Assembly: GCA_002897935.1 (NCBI GenBank)
Contig: BDTA01000046.1
Span: forward strand, 17,934-81,933
DNA from: a bacterium BMS3Abin08
GTDB lineage: Bacteria > Nitrospirota > Thermodesulfovibrionia > Thermodesulfovibrionales > JdFR-85
DNA: 64,000 bases
Direction of reading: 5' to 3'
A model generated the notes under the pieces. The model was not told the origin of the DNA. It did no database searches and worked only from the letters and a program-made list of their open reading frames with translations. Both the position numbers and the translations under genes were made by a program. Numbering within the stretch: the first letter of the stretch is position 1; every line of letters begins with the position of its first letter. Shown piece by piece: positions 28,452 through 38,745 of the stretch.

Positions 28452-29334
28452 AGGGGAAGAAACCATCAAGTTAAATGAAGATGCCTTTAGACTTCTCCGT
28501 GAACTCATCAGGGACTTCTCCGGCATCTATTTTGATAACAAATCGAGATCCCTCCTTGAGAGAAGACTTAACGGCCGTCTCAGGTCACATAATATAAAAA
28601 CCTTCCGGGACTATTACAGATACCTGCTGTATGACCGCAACAGGGACACCGAACTGTCCGAGATAATGGATATACTTACCGTCAATGAGACCTATTTTTT
28701 CAGGGAAAAAAACCAGCTCCGTGCCTTCTCGGAAGAGATACTGCCTGAGTTGAAAGAGAGGAATAGAAGAAAAAGGAAAATCAGGATCCTTTCGGCAGGA
28801 TGTTCTTCCGGCGAAGAGCCCTATACTATAGCAATGCTTATACTTGAGAGCAACCTCCTCTGGAACTGGGAAATCGACATAATAGGCTGTGACATAAACA
28901 GGGGGGTCCTGCAGACCGCAAGGAACGCTGTTTACAGGCAGAACTCTTTCCGCTGTACCGATGAATACTACCGGAAGAAATACTTTGTGACCGATAACGG
29001 CAACTCATACAGGATAAAGGACAACCTCAAGGGTCTTGTCCACTTCGGATATCTCAATCTCCTTGATGCCGGGAAGGTCCTCTTTCTCGGCACCATGGAT
29101 GTCGTCTTCTGCAGAAATGTCCTTATCTATTTCGATGGACCTTCGAGGAAAAGAGTCGTCGAAAGTTTTTATAATTTACTCCCGGAAGACGGATACCTTC
29201 TTCTGGGACATGCTGAATCACTCATAAATATCTCCACAGCCTTTTCATTAAAACAGCTTCAGCATGATCTTGTATATACCAAACCCGTTGCAACAGAAGG
29301 GGAGCCCCATAAGTTATACGGGCCTCCAACCTGA
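28444..29334 (+). CDS. cheR: Chemotaxis protein methyltransferase CheR
   Basis: 296 aa, GTG start. ETYFFRE and the SAM-binding ILSAGCSSGEEPYTIAM motif. Confidence 0.93.
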   Translation: MFEGEETIKLNEDAFRLLRELIRDFSGIYFDNKSRSLLERRLNGRLRSHNIKTFRDYYRYLLYDRNRDTELSEIMDILTVNETYFFREKNQLRAFSEEILPELKERNRRKRKIRILSAGCSSGEEPYTIAMLILESNLLWNWEIDIIGCDINRGVLQTARNAVYRQNSFRCTDEYYRKKYFVTDNGNSYRIKDNLKGLVHFGYLNLLDAGKVLFLGTMDVVFCRNVLIYFDGPSRKRVVESFYNLLPEDGYLLLGHAESLINISTAFSLKQLQHDLVYTKPVATEGEPHKLYGPPT

Positions 29335-29348
29335 GGAGTATTACAGTT

Positions 29349-30410
29349 ATGGATAAAAAGACAAAGGTTCTTGTTGTGGATGACTCCGCTTTCAGCAGAC
29401 AGGCAATAAAAAAGATGCTCTCTAAAGACCCGGCGATCGATGTTATTGCTGTTGCCGTTGACGGTATAGATGCCATTTCAAAAACACTCAGATACAGACC
29501 CGATATAATAACCCTTGATATCGAGATGCCCCACATGGATGGTTTCAGCTTTCTGAGATGGCTTACAAAGGAATGTCCCACGCCCGTTATTATGGTCAGT
29601 TCCCTCTCCAACAGCAGGACGGTTTTCAGGACACTGGAGATGGGTGCCGTCGACTTTATTGCAAAACCCACAAGACGTGCATCACCTGAGATTGAAAAGA
29701 TCGAGCAGGATTTGCTCAATAAGATCCACAGTATAAACCTCAACTCCCTCAAGAAGCTCAACAGGAACCTTGACAACCTCTACAGGAGAAAATCCCTGAA
29801 GACCCTGGATGCCCGTGAAACAACCGATCCGGGAGTAATTGCCATAGGCGCCTCCACAGGCGGGCCTCAGGCCCTTCAGCTAATCCTGACTTCCCTGCCC
29901 GAGGGGTTCCCACTGCCTGTTGTAATCAGCCAGCATATGCCGGGGGAATTCACGGGGGCGCTTGCAGCCAGACTTGACCAGCTCTCTTATATCAATGTAA
30001 AGGAAGCCGTGGAAGGAGATACCCTTGAGCCTTCAACTGCACTGATATGCCCCGGAGGACATCATATGCAGTTGAAAAAGAGCAGAAACAGGGTTCTTGT
30101 CAAGTTACTCGAGGCAGATGAATCCGACAGGTACGTACCTTCAGTCGACATCATGATGAAATCAGCAGCTGATATTTTTAAAAACAGGACACTTGGTGTT
30201 ATACTAACCGGAATGGGAAACGACGGAAAAGAGGGCATGAAGGAGATTTACGGAAAAGATGGCTTTACGGTTGCCGAGTCCGAGAAGACAGCGGTGGTTT
30301 TCGGTATGCCGCAGGAAGTGATCAAGGCGGGTTTTGCCAAGCGCATAATGCCGCTTAACAGCATACCTGCAGAGCTTAAGAGACGCGTTTTAAAAGAAAA
30401 CATTAAATGA
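29349..30410 (+). CDS. cheB: Protein-glutamate methylesterase CheB (receiver + esterase)
   Basis: 353 aa. VLVVDDS...TLDIEMPHMDG receiver domain. IGASTGGPQAL and TGMGNDG esterase motifs. Confidence 0.94.
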   Translation: MDKKTKVLVVDDSAFSRQAIKKMLSKDPAIDVIAVAVDGIDAISKTLRYRPDIITLDIEMPHMDGFSFLRWLTKECPTPVIMVSSLSNSRTVFRTLEMGAVDFIAKPTRRASPEIEKIEQDLLNKIHSINLNSLKKLNRNLDNLYRRKSLKTLDARETTDPGVIAIGASTGGPQALQLILTSLPEGFPLPVVISQHMPGEFTGALAARLDQLSYINVKEAVEGDTLEPSTALICPGGHHMQLKKSRNRVLVKLLEADESDRYVPSVDIMMKSAADIFKNRTLGVILTGMGNDGKEGMKEIYGKDGFTVAESEKTAVVFGMPQEVIKAGFAKRIMPLNSIPAELKRRVLKENIK

Positions 30411-30416
30411 AAAGCC

Positions 30417-31238
30417 ATGAAAGATGAGGGATCCATATTGAAAAAGGCCGAGGAGTTTTTACAGATCTTCAGGAAGGGTGAAGAGTTCACAAAAATCCTT
30501 CTTAAGGAGAACGAACGGCTCCGTTTCAGGGCTGCCAAACTGGAAGAAGAAATCGGCGGAAGTGCGAACGGGATACGTATAAAGAACTACGAGGAGAGGA
30601 TCAGCGTTCTTGAAAGAGAGCTTGCCTCTTACAAGGAGCATTTCAGGAAGGTGGAGGAGGAAAACAAGGATTTTGCACAGAGATATATCGAGGTGGAGGA
30701 GGAAAACAACAACCTCGCCAATCTCTATGTTGCAAGTTACCAGTTACATTCCACGCTGGATTATGACGAGGTGCTCAAGATAGTCCTTGAGATAATCATA
30801 AACCTGATCGGCGCTGAATCCTTTGCAATCATGCTTATCGATGAAAAAAACAAGCAGCTCATCGCGGTAGCAAGCGAAGGCCTGGATATCGGCACCATCC
30901 CGAACATAAACATGGGTGAGGGCATAATAGGTACGGTAGCCAGGGATGGAGAGGGATTTTTCTCTGAAAAGATGATCCATAGGGACGGGATTGATCCTGT
31001 TAACCCTATCGTCTGCATACCCCTGAAAATCAAGGAGCATGTAATCGGGGTAATCGCTTTTTACTCCTTTTTCATTCAGAAATCAGCCTTCTCTAATATT
31101 GACTATGAACTCTTCAATCTCCTTGCAGGTCATGCAGCAACCGCCATCTTCTCATCGCGCCTCTACACTCAGTCAGAGAGGAAGCTTACCACGATTCAGA
31201 GTTTCCTTGAACTTTTAAAAGAAAAACCCGGGAGATAA
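30417..31238 (+). CDS. Coiled-coil + GAF domain protein
   Basis: 273 aa. The N-terminal roughly 110 aa are heptad-rich (ERLRFRAAKLEEE...VEEENNNLANLY). A GAF-like domain follows (VLKIVLEIIINLIGAESFAIMLID...). Confidence 0.75.
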   Translation: MKDEGSILKKAEEFLQIFRKGEEFTKILLKENERLRFRAAKLEEEIGGSANGIRIKNYEERISVLERELASYKEHFRKVEEENKDFAQRYIEVEEENNNLANLYVASYQLHSTLDYDEVLKIVLEIIINLIGAESFAIMLIDEKNKQLIAVASEGLDIGTIPNINMGEGIIGTVARDGEGFFSEKMIHRDGIDPVNPIVCIPLKIKEHVIGVIAFYSFFIQKSAFSNIDYELFNLLAGHAATAIFSSRLYTQSERKLTTIQSFLELLKEKPGR

Positions 31239-31248
31239 AGGAGGCTCT

Positions 31249-31617
31249 ATGCCCAGCATCCTCGTTGTAGAAGATTCACCTACCATGAGACAACTGATAA
31301 GCTTTGCCATGCGGCGGATACCCAAGTCCAGTGTGATAGAGGCAACCGACGGTGTTGATGCCCTGAAAAAACTCTCAACAGAGAAGGTCGATATCATTCT
31401 GGCGGACATAAACATGCCTGTCATGGATGGACTGAAACTTATAAGTCTCGTACGGGGAAACCCCTCTTACAAGGACATACCTATTATCATTATCACCACT
31501 GAAGGAGCTGAAGAGGACAGAAAAAAGGCTTTGGCTATCGGCGCAAACGACTATCTTGCAAAACCGATACAGACACAGCAACTCGTAAAACTCGTGAAGA
31601 AGTATCTTCCCGATTGA
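31249..31617 (+). CDS. cheY: CheY-like single-domain response regulator (paralog of 16864..17235)
   Basis: 122 aa. VVEDSPT, ADINMPVMDGL, LAKP. Confidence 0.9.
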   Translation: MPSILVVEDSPTMRQLISFAMRRIPKSSVIEATDGVDALKKLSTEKVDIILADINMPVMDGLKLISLVRGNPSYKDIPIIIITTEGAEEDRKKALAIGANDYLAKPIQTQQLVKLVKKYLPD

Positions 31618-31663
31618 CTCGATCCGGCCTCATCAGAAGCAGAGATGCGACATGCAGAAAGCT

Positions 31664-31685
31664 GAATGCGGGAGCCCGCGCATTC
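31664..31685. terminator. GC-rich hairpin between the convergent cheY and rlmN genes
   Basis: gaatgcg..cgcattc is a 7-bp stem with extra G:C pairs. There is no clear U-tract on either strand. Confidence 0.3.
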
Positions 31686-32699
31686 TTACCTGTGCCCTTT
31701 TAACTGACCACAGGCTGCAAGTATGTCCCGCCCCTTGCTCTTTCTTATTAAAGCAGTCATTCCCCTCCTTATAAGGATCTCCTGAAAGGCAAGGATCTTC
31801 TCATCGGGTGACGGTCTGAACTCTGCACCCTCAAAGGGATTGAAAGGTATAAGATTAACCTTGGACGGGATTCCCCTCAACATGATCACAAGGCGTTCGG
31901 CGTCTTCCGGGTTATCATTCAGACCCTCAATGAGTATGTACTCAAAGGTTATGCGACGTCTTCTGTCAAGGGGGTAGTTCCTGCATGCCGAGAGGAGTTC
32001 CTCTATTTGATACCGCCTGTTTACGGGCATCAACATATCCCTTACCGCATTAGTTGTAGCATTGAGGGATACTGCAAGGTTAACTGAAGGTATAACCCCG
32101 GGAAGCCTGTTTATGACAGGGACAACCCCCGCTGTCGAGAGGGTTATTCTCCTCTTGGATATCCTGAGATGACCCGTTATTCTCCAGAGGGCGTCGGCAA
32201 CCCCGTCGAGGTTGTTTAAGGGTTCACCCATACCCATCAATACGATGCCTGTCAGCTCTTCCGGTTTGATCAATCTCCGGACAGTTATTACCTGGTCTGC
32301 AATCTCATGGGCCGTGAGGTTACGAACAAACCCAATCCTTGCAGTCAGGCAGAACCTGCACCCCATGGTACAACCGACCTGGGATGATATACACAGGGTG
32401 CGTCTCCCGCCATCGGGAATCAGTACGGTCTCTATAGTCTCGCCGTCCTCAAGACCGAAGAGGAACTTCTCGGTCCCATCTCCTGATACCTGACGTTCAA
32501 TTACCTTCAGTGAACTGATGTATGCTATCCGGGAGAGTCTCTCTCTCAGGGGGACCGGCAACTCGGTGATGTCCCTGACATCGGTAACACCCCTTTCGTA
32601 GATCCAGTGGATAAGCTGCTTTTCTCTGTATGATGGCAGGCCAAGCGAACCGACCACTGATGAGAGGTCTTCTTCATTCAGAGACTTGAGATCAATCAT
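31686..32699 (-). CDS. rlmN: 23S rRNA/tRNA adenine-C2 methyltransferase RlmN (radical SAM)
   Basis: 337 aa. CTMGCRFC cluster motif and AACGQL near the C-terminus. Confidence 0.92.
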   Translation of the reverse strand: MIDLKSLNEEDLSSVVGSLGLPSYREKQLIHWIYERGVTDVRDITELPVPLRERLSRIAYISSLKVIERQVSGDGTEKFLFGLEDGETIETVLIPDGGRRTLCISSQVGCTMGCRFCLTARIGFVRNLTAHEIADQVITVRRLIKPEELTGIVLMGMGEPLNNLDGVADALWRITGHLRISKRRITLSTAGVVPVINRLPGVIPSVNLAVSLNATTNAVRDMLMPVNRRYQIEELLSACRNYPLDRRRRITFEYILIEGLNDNPEDAERLVIMLRGIPSKVNLIPFNPFEGAEFRPSPDEKILAFQEILIRRGMTALIRKSKGRDILAACGQLKGHR

Positions 32700-32726
32700 C
32701 TTGCCGCCTAAATGACCGCTGCCGTC

Positions 32727-33992
32727 TTAAGTGCCGATTTCCCAGCTGTTAAGGTACTCCCTCTGCGCCTTTGTGAGTGAATCTATCCTGATCCCCATTG
32801 ATCGTAACTTCAGCGAGGCAATCTTACTGTCAATGGGCTCGGGGACACTGTAGACCTCGCTGTGGAGTTTCTTGTGGTTTTTGGCAATAAACTCTGCACA
32901 CAGGGCCTGGTTTGCAAAGCTCATATCCATCACGGCAGAGGGGTGCCCTTCCGCAGAAGAGAGGTTTATCAGCCTCCCCTCCCCAAGGAGATAAATTCTC
33001 CGGCCGTTCTTCAGGGTAAACTCGTCGACATATTCACGTATAGTCCTTGATGACACTGAAAGTGCCTTTAACCCGTCTATGTCGATCTCCACATTGAAGT
33101 GACCGGAATTGCACACGATGGCCCCGTCCTTCATAACCTTGAAACAATCCCTGGAGATAACGTTTATATCCCCGGTAACAGTCACGAAAAAATCACCAAT
33201 CCTTGAGGCCTCCTTTACAGGCATTACCTCATAACCGTCCATGGTTGCCTCAAGGGCCCTCAATGGATCGACCTCCACCACAACTACCCGGGCACCCATA
33301 CCACGCGCCCTCATCGCAACACCCCTTCCACACCAGCCATAACCACAGACCACAAACACGGAGCCTGCGATGAGTCTGTTGGTAGCCCTGAGAATTCCGT
33401 CCAATGTACTCTGCCCCGTACCGTAGCGGTTGTCAAAAAGATGCTTCGTGTAGGCATCATTGACGGCTATAATGGGATACCTCAGAACCCCCTTTCCCGC
33501 CATTGCCTTTAAACGTATAACGCCCGTTGTTGTCTCCTCGGTGCCTCCAAGGATGGCGTCTACGGCGTCACCACCGCTTTTGTGAAGTGTTGAAACCAGA
33601 TCAGCGCCGTCATCCATGGTTATATGGGGACCAAAGTCAAGAACTGAACGTATATGCCTGTAATAAGTACGGTTATTCTCACCCTTTACGGCAAATACCG
33701 GTATCTTTGAGTATTTGACAAGTGACGCCGCCACATCGTCCTGGGTGCTTAGGGGATTGGATGCACACAGCACAACATCTGCGCCACCCTCCTTGAGGGT
33801 CTCAACGAGACTGGCGGTCTCCGTTGTTACGTGCAGACAGGCGGCAATTTTAACCCCCTTAAGGGGTCTTACCTTCCTGAACCGTTCCCTTATCTTCCTC
33901 AGAACGGGCATCTCCATTTCAGCCCATTCTATCCGCAAACAGCCCTGCTTTGCCAGTGATAGGTCCTTTACATCATGCTCAATCATCTTCAC
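32727..33992 (-). CDS. ahcY: Adenosylhomocysteinase
   Basis: 421 aa. [17 protein letters not shown]-binding site, SGHFNVEID. Confidence 0.95.
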   Translation of the reverse strand: MKMIEHDVKDLSLAKQGCLRIEWAEMEMPVLRKIRERFRKVRPLKGVKIAACLHVTTETASLVETLKEGGADVVLCASNPLSTQDDVAASLVKYSKIPVFAVKGENNRTYYRHIRSVLDFGPHITMDDGADLVSTLHKSGGDAVDAILGGTEETTTGVIRLKAMAGKGVLRYPIIAVNDAYTKHLFDNRYGTGQSTLDGILRATNRLIAGSVFVVCGYGWCGRGVAMRARGMGARVVVVEVDPLRALEATMDGYEVMPVKEASRIGDFFVTVTGDINVISRDCFKVMKDGAIVCNSGHFNVEIDIDGLKALSVSSRTIREYVDEFTLKNGRRIYLLGEGRLINLSSAEGHPSAVMDMSFANQALCAEFIAKNHKKLHSEVYSVPEPIDSKIASLKLRSMGIRIDSLTKAQREYLNSWEIGT

Positions 33993-34086
33993 TCCTTGTA
34001 ATGAAGTACCTGCGGCAAAAACCGCGGGTTGACCTAAACAAAATATCTGCTTGTTACTTCAATGAATTCCCATCAACATTCAATCA

Positions 34087-35238
34087 CTAAAGACCGGCTT
34101 CCCTTCTCAGTGCATCCGCCCTGTCGGTCTTCTCCCACGTAAAATCATCGTCTTCCCTGCCAAAGTGTCCATAAGCGGCGGTCTTTTTGTAGACGGGCCT
34201 CCTCAGGTCGAGGGCATCAATTATCCCCTTTGGGGTGAGATCGAAGTTCGTACTCACAAGACGTACAATCTCCTGGTGCGGAATCTTGCCGGTACTAAAG
34301 TGATCGACAAGTATGGAAACCGGCTCGGGTATCCCGATTGCATATGCTATCTGGACCTCTGCCCGTTCGGCTATCCCGGCAGCAACGATATTTTTTGCAA
34401 TGTATCTGGCCATATAGGCGCCCGAACGGTCTACCTTCGTGGGATCTTTACCGGAGAAACACCCTCCTCCATGTCTGGAAACCCCTCCATAGGTATCAAC
34501 GATAATCTTTCTCCCCGTAAGTCCGGTATCACCCATAGGGCCCCCGATAACAAATCTCCCCGTTGGGTTGATGTGGTATTTCACCATCTCTTCGTCAAGC
34601 AGTTCCGGGGGCAGCACCGGCTTGATCACCTTCTCGATAACGTCCTCTCTCAGTTCCTTAAGGGTTATGTCCGGATTATGCTGGGTGGAAACGACAACCG
34701 AATCTATCCTCAGGGGCCGGCCTTCCCTGTATTCAATTGTTACCTGGGTCTTACCGTCGGGCCTGAGATAACCAAGTATATCCTTTTTTCTCGCATCTGC
34801 AAGCCTCATGGCCAGTCTATGGGCAAGCATAATCGGTAACGGCATCAACTCAGGGGTTTCGTCACAAGCAAAACCGAACATCAGCCCCTGATCACCGGCA
34901 CCACCGACGTCCACTCCCATTGCAATGTCACCTGACTGTCTGTCAATCGCCGTTATTACGGCACAGGTTTCATAATCGAAACCGTACTTTGCCCTTGTGT
35001 AACCTACATCCCTGATGGTCTCCCTTACAAGATCAGGGATCGGGGCATAGCTACTCGTGGTTATCTCTCCTGAAACAAAGGCAAGCCCTGTTGTAACCAA
35101 GGTCTCGCAGGCAACCCTCCCATATGGATCATCAGCGATTATTGAATCAAGGATTGCGTCCGATATCTGGTCGGCAACCTTGTCAGGATGCCCTTCTGTT
35201 ACCGATTCAGAAGTGAAAAAGTAGTTCTTTCTTGGCAT
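34087..35238 (-). CDS. metK: S-adenosylmethionine synthase
   Basis: 383 aa. [33 protein letters not shown]. Confidence 0.96.
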   Translation of the reverse strand: MPRKNYFFTSESVTEGHPDKVADQISDAILDSIIADDPYGRVACETLVTTGLAFVSGEITTSSYAPIPDLVRETIRDVGYTRAKYGFDYETCAVITAIDRQSGDIAMGVDVGGAGDQGLMFGFACDETPELMPLPIMLAHRLAMRLADARKKDILGYLRPDGKTQVTIEYREGRPLRIDSVVVSTQHNPDITLKELREDVIEKVIKPVLPPELLDEEMVKYHINPTGRFVIGGPMGDTGLTGRKIIVDTYGGVSRHGGGCFSGKDPTKVDRSGAYMARYIAKNIVAAGIAERAEVQIAYAIGIPEPVSILVDHFSTGKIPHQEIVRLVSTNFDLTPKGIIDALDLRRPVYKKTAAYGHFGREDDDFTWEKTDRADALRREAGL

Positions 35239-35344
35239 GGCGTGCCTCCTCTATTGAAGTTAAGAAGTCTTATTTTAACAGTATTAAGACAAATATTAAA
35301 AGAATTCTGATAAAATACCCGTATCAATACTGTAGGAGCCGGTA

Positions 35345-36016
35345 ATGAAGATATTGATTGTAGAAGATGAAGAAAACGTTGCAACCTTTCTTAAAAAAGG
35401 TCTTGAGGAGGAACTGTTTATCGTGGACGCCGCCTGTGACGGGAAAGAAGGCTTTATGATGGCAACTTCAAATGATTACGATCTGATTATGCTTGATATC
35501 ATGCTGCCCGGTATTGACGGGCTTGACCTCTGCAAGCTGCTGAGGATGAAAGGGATAAACACCCCCATATTGATGCTTACAGCAAAGGACGCTGTAGAGG
35601 ACAAGGTCCGGGGGCTTGACAGCGGGGCTGACGATTACCTCACCAAACCCTTCTCCTTTGACGAGCTTCTCGCAAGGATACGGGCTCTTGCAAGGAGGAA
35701 ACACCTCTCTGTGGAACCATACAGGTGTTCAGACCTCAAGCTTGACCCACTGGAACGCAAGGTGACAAGAGGCGGGAAGGATATATACCTGAGGCCAAGG
35801 GAATTCGTACTGCTTGAATACCTTCTGAAAAACAAAAACCGTGTCCTTACACGGTCACAGATACTGCGGGACCTCTGGGGATATCAATTTGATCCGACCA
35901 CCAACGTAGTTGACGTACATATAAATTTCCTTCGTGACAAGGTCGACCGTGACTTTGAAAAAAAGCTCATCAAAACCGTCCGTGGTACAGGGTATATGAT
36001 AAGGGAAGATGACTGA
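35345..36016 (+). CDS. OmpR/PhoB-family response regulator (CusR/CopR-like)
   Basis: 223 aa. Receiver domain plus winged-helix DNA-binding domain (LTRSQILRDLWG...VRGTGY). Confidence 0.9.
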   Translation: MKILIVEDEENVATFLKKGLEEELFIVDAACDGKEGFMMATSNDYDLIMLDIMLPGIDGLDLCKLLRMKGINTPILMLTAKDAVEDKVRGLDSGADDYLTKPFSFDELLARIRALARRKHLSVEPYRCSDLKLDPLERKVTRGGKDIYLRPREFVLLEYLLKNKNRVLTRSQILRDLWGYQFDPTTNVVDVHINFLRDKVDRDFEKKLIKTVRGTGYMIREDD

Positions 36017-37436
36017 ATCCTTCAGGGTAAGAATAACTCTGCTTTACACATTCTCAGCCTCAATATTCCTTGCTTGTATTTTGTTTCTTGCATTCCATGT
36101 CTACAGGTCTGTAATCATCAAGGGGCTGGATAGTGATTTGCTCTCAAAATCAAGGGAGTTAGTCCACAGTGACATGAAGACACACTTCACCTTCAGAAGG
36201 GATATCATACAAAAAGGGAAAGACAGTTATATCGTGATAAGCAACAACGATGGCAGGGTATCAATAACATCTACGGATTCCGTCAGCCGGAGCTGGAATG
36301 TAAACTACGGGCTCTTAAGAGGGGCCTTTAACGGCAGATACGGTTTTGAGACGGCAAACCTGGGGGGTGAGCCCTTCCGCATTCTCTATCTCCCCATTGA
36401 TAAAAACCGTATTTTAAGGACCGGCATGTCCCTGGAAGGAGTATATGCTCAATTCTCGATCCTGAAGATAATCCTGCTCATTTCCGGGTTTTTATTCTCG
36501 TTATCTGTCGGCGTTATAGGGTATTTTGTATCGGGAAGGGCGGTTAAACCGGTTCTTTTGATTTCCGACATAGCCGACAGACTCAAGTACGGACTTACAA
36601 GCGAAAAAATAAAACTCAACATAACCGGTGTGGAGATTGAGAGGCTGCTCACGGTCCTTAACGGGATGCTTGAAAATATACACCGCCAGATAGAAAATCA
36701 CCGTCGGTTTACGTCCGATGTCTCTCACGAAATCCGTTCCCCTCTTACGGCACTAAGGGGAAGTATGGAGGTTGCCCTGAGACGCACCAGGACATCCGGG
36801 GAATACGAAGACCTGCTTAGAAGGAACCTCCAGGAGGTTAACAGATTACAGAGGATAGCAGAAAACCTTCTCCTTCTTTCAAGGGCCGACTACAATATTA
36901 TAGAACTTAAAAAGCAGTGGTTTGATGTAAACGAACTATTAACCATGATACTGGAACGCCACAACAGCGATATAATCTCAAAGTCTCTGACCTTAATCGA
37001 GAGTTACCGGGAGCCGCTTGAGATATATGGAGACTACGGTCTTTGGGACGAAGCCCTCAACAATCTCGTTGACAACAGTCTGAAATACTCCCCTGAAGGC
37101 GGCACCGTCATCATTGAAACAAAAACCCTCCTCAGGGAGTTGAAGATATCGTTTGCGGATAATGGCCCCGGGATCCCCGAGGCGGAAAGAGAGAAGATCT
37201 TTGAACGGTTCTACCGCCTTGACAAGGCAAGGGCAAGAAGTTCGGGCGGATCGGGTCTCGGTCTTGCAATCACAAAGTGGATAATAGAATCTCACAACGG
37301 CAAGATCATGGTTGACTCCCACTCAACCGGAGGCTCAATCTTCTCGGTCTTTCTACCTCTCCAGTCACCGTATGAACAGACTGAAAACAGACCGGCATAC
37401 CCCTTCGACGAGATCATCAACATCCTGAGGCAATAA
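36009..37436 (+). CDS. Sensor histidine kinase (2 TM, HAMP, HisKA, HATPase), partner of 35345..36016
   Basis: 475 aa. H-box FTSDVSHEIRSPLT, G1 DNGPGI, G2 GSGLGLAI. Overlaps the regulator gene by 8 nt. Confidence 0.9.
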   Translation: MTESFRVRITLLYTFSASIFLACILFLAFHVYRSVIIKGLDSDLLSKSRELVHSDMKTHFTFRRDIIQKGKDSYIVISNNDGRVSITSTDSVSRSWNVNYGLLRGAFNGRYGFETANLGGEPFRILYLPIDKNRILRTGMSLEGVYAQFSILKIILLISGFLFSLSVGVIGYFVSGRAVKPVLLISDIADRLKYGLTSEKIKLNITGVEIERLLTVLNGMLENIHRQIENHRRFTSDVSHEIRSPLTALRGSMEVALRRTRTSGEYEDLLRRNLQEVNRLQRIAENLLLLSRADYNIIELKKQWFDVNELLTMILERHNSDIISKSLTLIESYREPLEIYGDYGLWDEALNNLVDNSLKYSPEGGTVIIETKTLLRELKISFADNGPGIPEAEREKIFERFYRLDKARARSSGGSGLGLAITKWIIESHNGKIMVDSHSTGGSIFSVFLPLQSPYEQTENRPAYPFDEIINILRQ

Positions 37437-37455
37437 CGCCGGAGTTTTACGGACC

Positions 37456-37908
37456 ATGGAATTACGGGTAAGAAAGATGGGGGTTAAAGACATTGACACG
37501 GTTGCAGAGATAGAGAGGAATTCCCTCCCCACTCCCTGGTCGGCACAGTCATTTCTGGACGAAGTCAACAACCCCCTTTCCCTCTGTTTGGTGGGAGAAA
37601 CCGGGGAACTAATCATTGCGTATATCTGTATCGGCCTTATCCTGGAAGAAGGCCATATCCTGACCCTTGGTGTTAGAGGGGACTACAGGGGAAGGGGTAT
37701 CGGGAAGAGACTGCTTACACACACACTTCGGGAACTCTCTCTGCTGGGCTCTAAAAAGCTGTTTCTTGAGGTCAGGCAGTCAAACATCACTGCAATGAGA
37801 CTATACGGGTCACTTGGTTTTCACAAGGTCGGTATCAGAAAGGATTACTACCACTCCCCAAGGGAGGATGCATTAATAATGATGAGGCATGTTTGCCGGC
37901 CTGAGTGA
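37456..37908 (+). CDS. rimI: Ribosomal-protein-alanine N-acetyltransferase (GNAT)
   Basis: 150 aa. The RGRGIGKRLL acetyl-CoA motif and a typical RimI length. Confidence 0.8.
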   Translation: MELRVRKMGVKDIDTVAEIERNSLPTPWSAQSFLDEVNNPLSLCLVGETGELIIAYICIGLILEEGHILTLGVRGDYRGRGIGKRLLTHTLRELSLLGSKKLFLEVRQSNITAMRLYGSLGFHKVGIRKDYYHSPREDALIMMRHVCRPE

Positions 37909-37968
37909 AGCTTTCCAACCGAAGGCCGTGGCCTCCGGGCCTCCGGAACAGACCGGATCTTGCATTCC

Positions 37969-38745
37969 CTACCATGCAGCATTCATGTAATCCGCTGCCC
38001 TCTCCACTTCCTCCAGGGAATGTGCCTCAACGGTATACACGATGTCCGTTCTATTGAACGTCTTAAGGAGACCGAAGAGGGACGCAAAATCAAACGTACC
38101 CGTTCCCGGCGCACAATGGTAATCCCTTGTGCCGTCGTTGTCATGGACGTGAAGTTCAATGATATGCTCACCCACGAGTTCAATCCACTCACGGAGGGAA
38201 ACACTGGAAAAAATATTAAAATGCCCGGTATCGAAACACAAACCAAAATCAGGCGAATTTACCGCCTCAACAAGGGCCTTCAGATTCGCGGGATTGTCTT
38301 CAAATATATTTTCAATGGCTATCCTTATACCGTATTCCCCCGCCCGTTCAAGAACCGGCCCCCAGGTCTTAAGGCTGCCGTTGAGCCAGACATCCACCGC
38401 GTGGTCATACTTCCATTTCTCAAACCCGGAATGGAAGACAACCACCTCAGCCCTTAGCTTACCCGATAAATCAAGGACCTGGAAAAACCGCTTAAGCGTA
38501 ACATCACGGATCAGGGGATCAACCGCCCCGGGGGAGAGGTCCATAAAGGGGCCATGGACTGTAAGGTTCGGCGAATAGGAGAAGTCCCTCAGGAACACGT
38601 CCGCAGTGGTGCCCTCAAGCTCATCGAGTGCATCTCCATCGAAATATATCTCGAGATCGGGCTTCCTCTCGTTAATGTAGGAAATATAATCCCTTATCCT
38701 GCTGAAGGGGATATGGAAAAAGAGCCTTTTTTCAAACTGTAGCGG
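37969..38745 (-). CDS. Sugar phosphate isomerase/epimerase-type TIM-barrel protein (xylose isomerase-like fold); start uncertain
   Basis: LTVHGPF..., IAIENIFE, FDTGHFN and ELHVHDN motifs. The Arg-rich ORF extension up to 38823 is the alternate frame of the Lys-rich tail of the upstream gene. No ATG lies near the junction. Confidence 0.65.
   Translation of the reverse strand, partial: PLQFEKRLFFHIPFSRIRDYISYINERKPDLEIYFDGDALDELEGTTADVFLRDFSYSPNLTVHGPFMDLSPGAVDPLIRDVTLKRFFQVLDLSGKLRAEVVVFHSGFEKWKYDHAVDVWLNGSLKTWGPVLERAGEYGIRIAIENIFEDNPANLKALVEAVNSPDFGLCFDTGHFNIFSSVSLREWIELVGEHIIELHVHDNDGTRDYHCAPGTGTFDFASLFGLLKTFNRTDIVYTVEAHSLEEVERAADYMNAAW

Noticed and set aside
35239-35344. Looked for a SAM riboswitch upstream of metK, an SAH riboswitch upstream of ahcY (33993-34086) and a glmS ribozyme upstream of glmS (7160-7183).
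   Set aside because: The leaders are short (24-105 nt), AT-rich or lack the conserved G/C-rich cores and pseudoknot segments. The only structure is a cctgcgg-caaaaa-ccgcggg hairpin after metK.
37919-37938. GC-rich hairpin ccgaaggccgtggcctccgg between the convergent rimI and TIM-barrel genes, and the CCGGATCCGG palindrome right after rplS (54664-54673), considered as intrinsic terminators.
   Set aside because: Neither has a U-tract on either strand, so a terminator call would be speculative.
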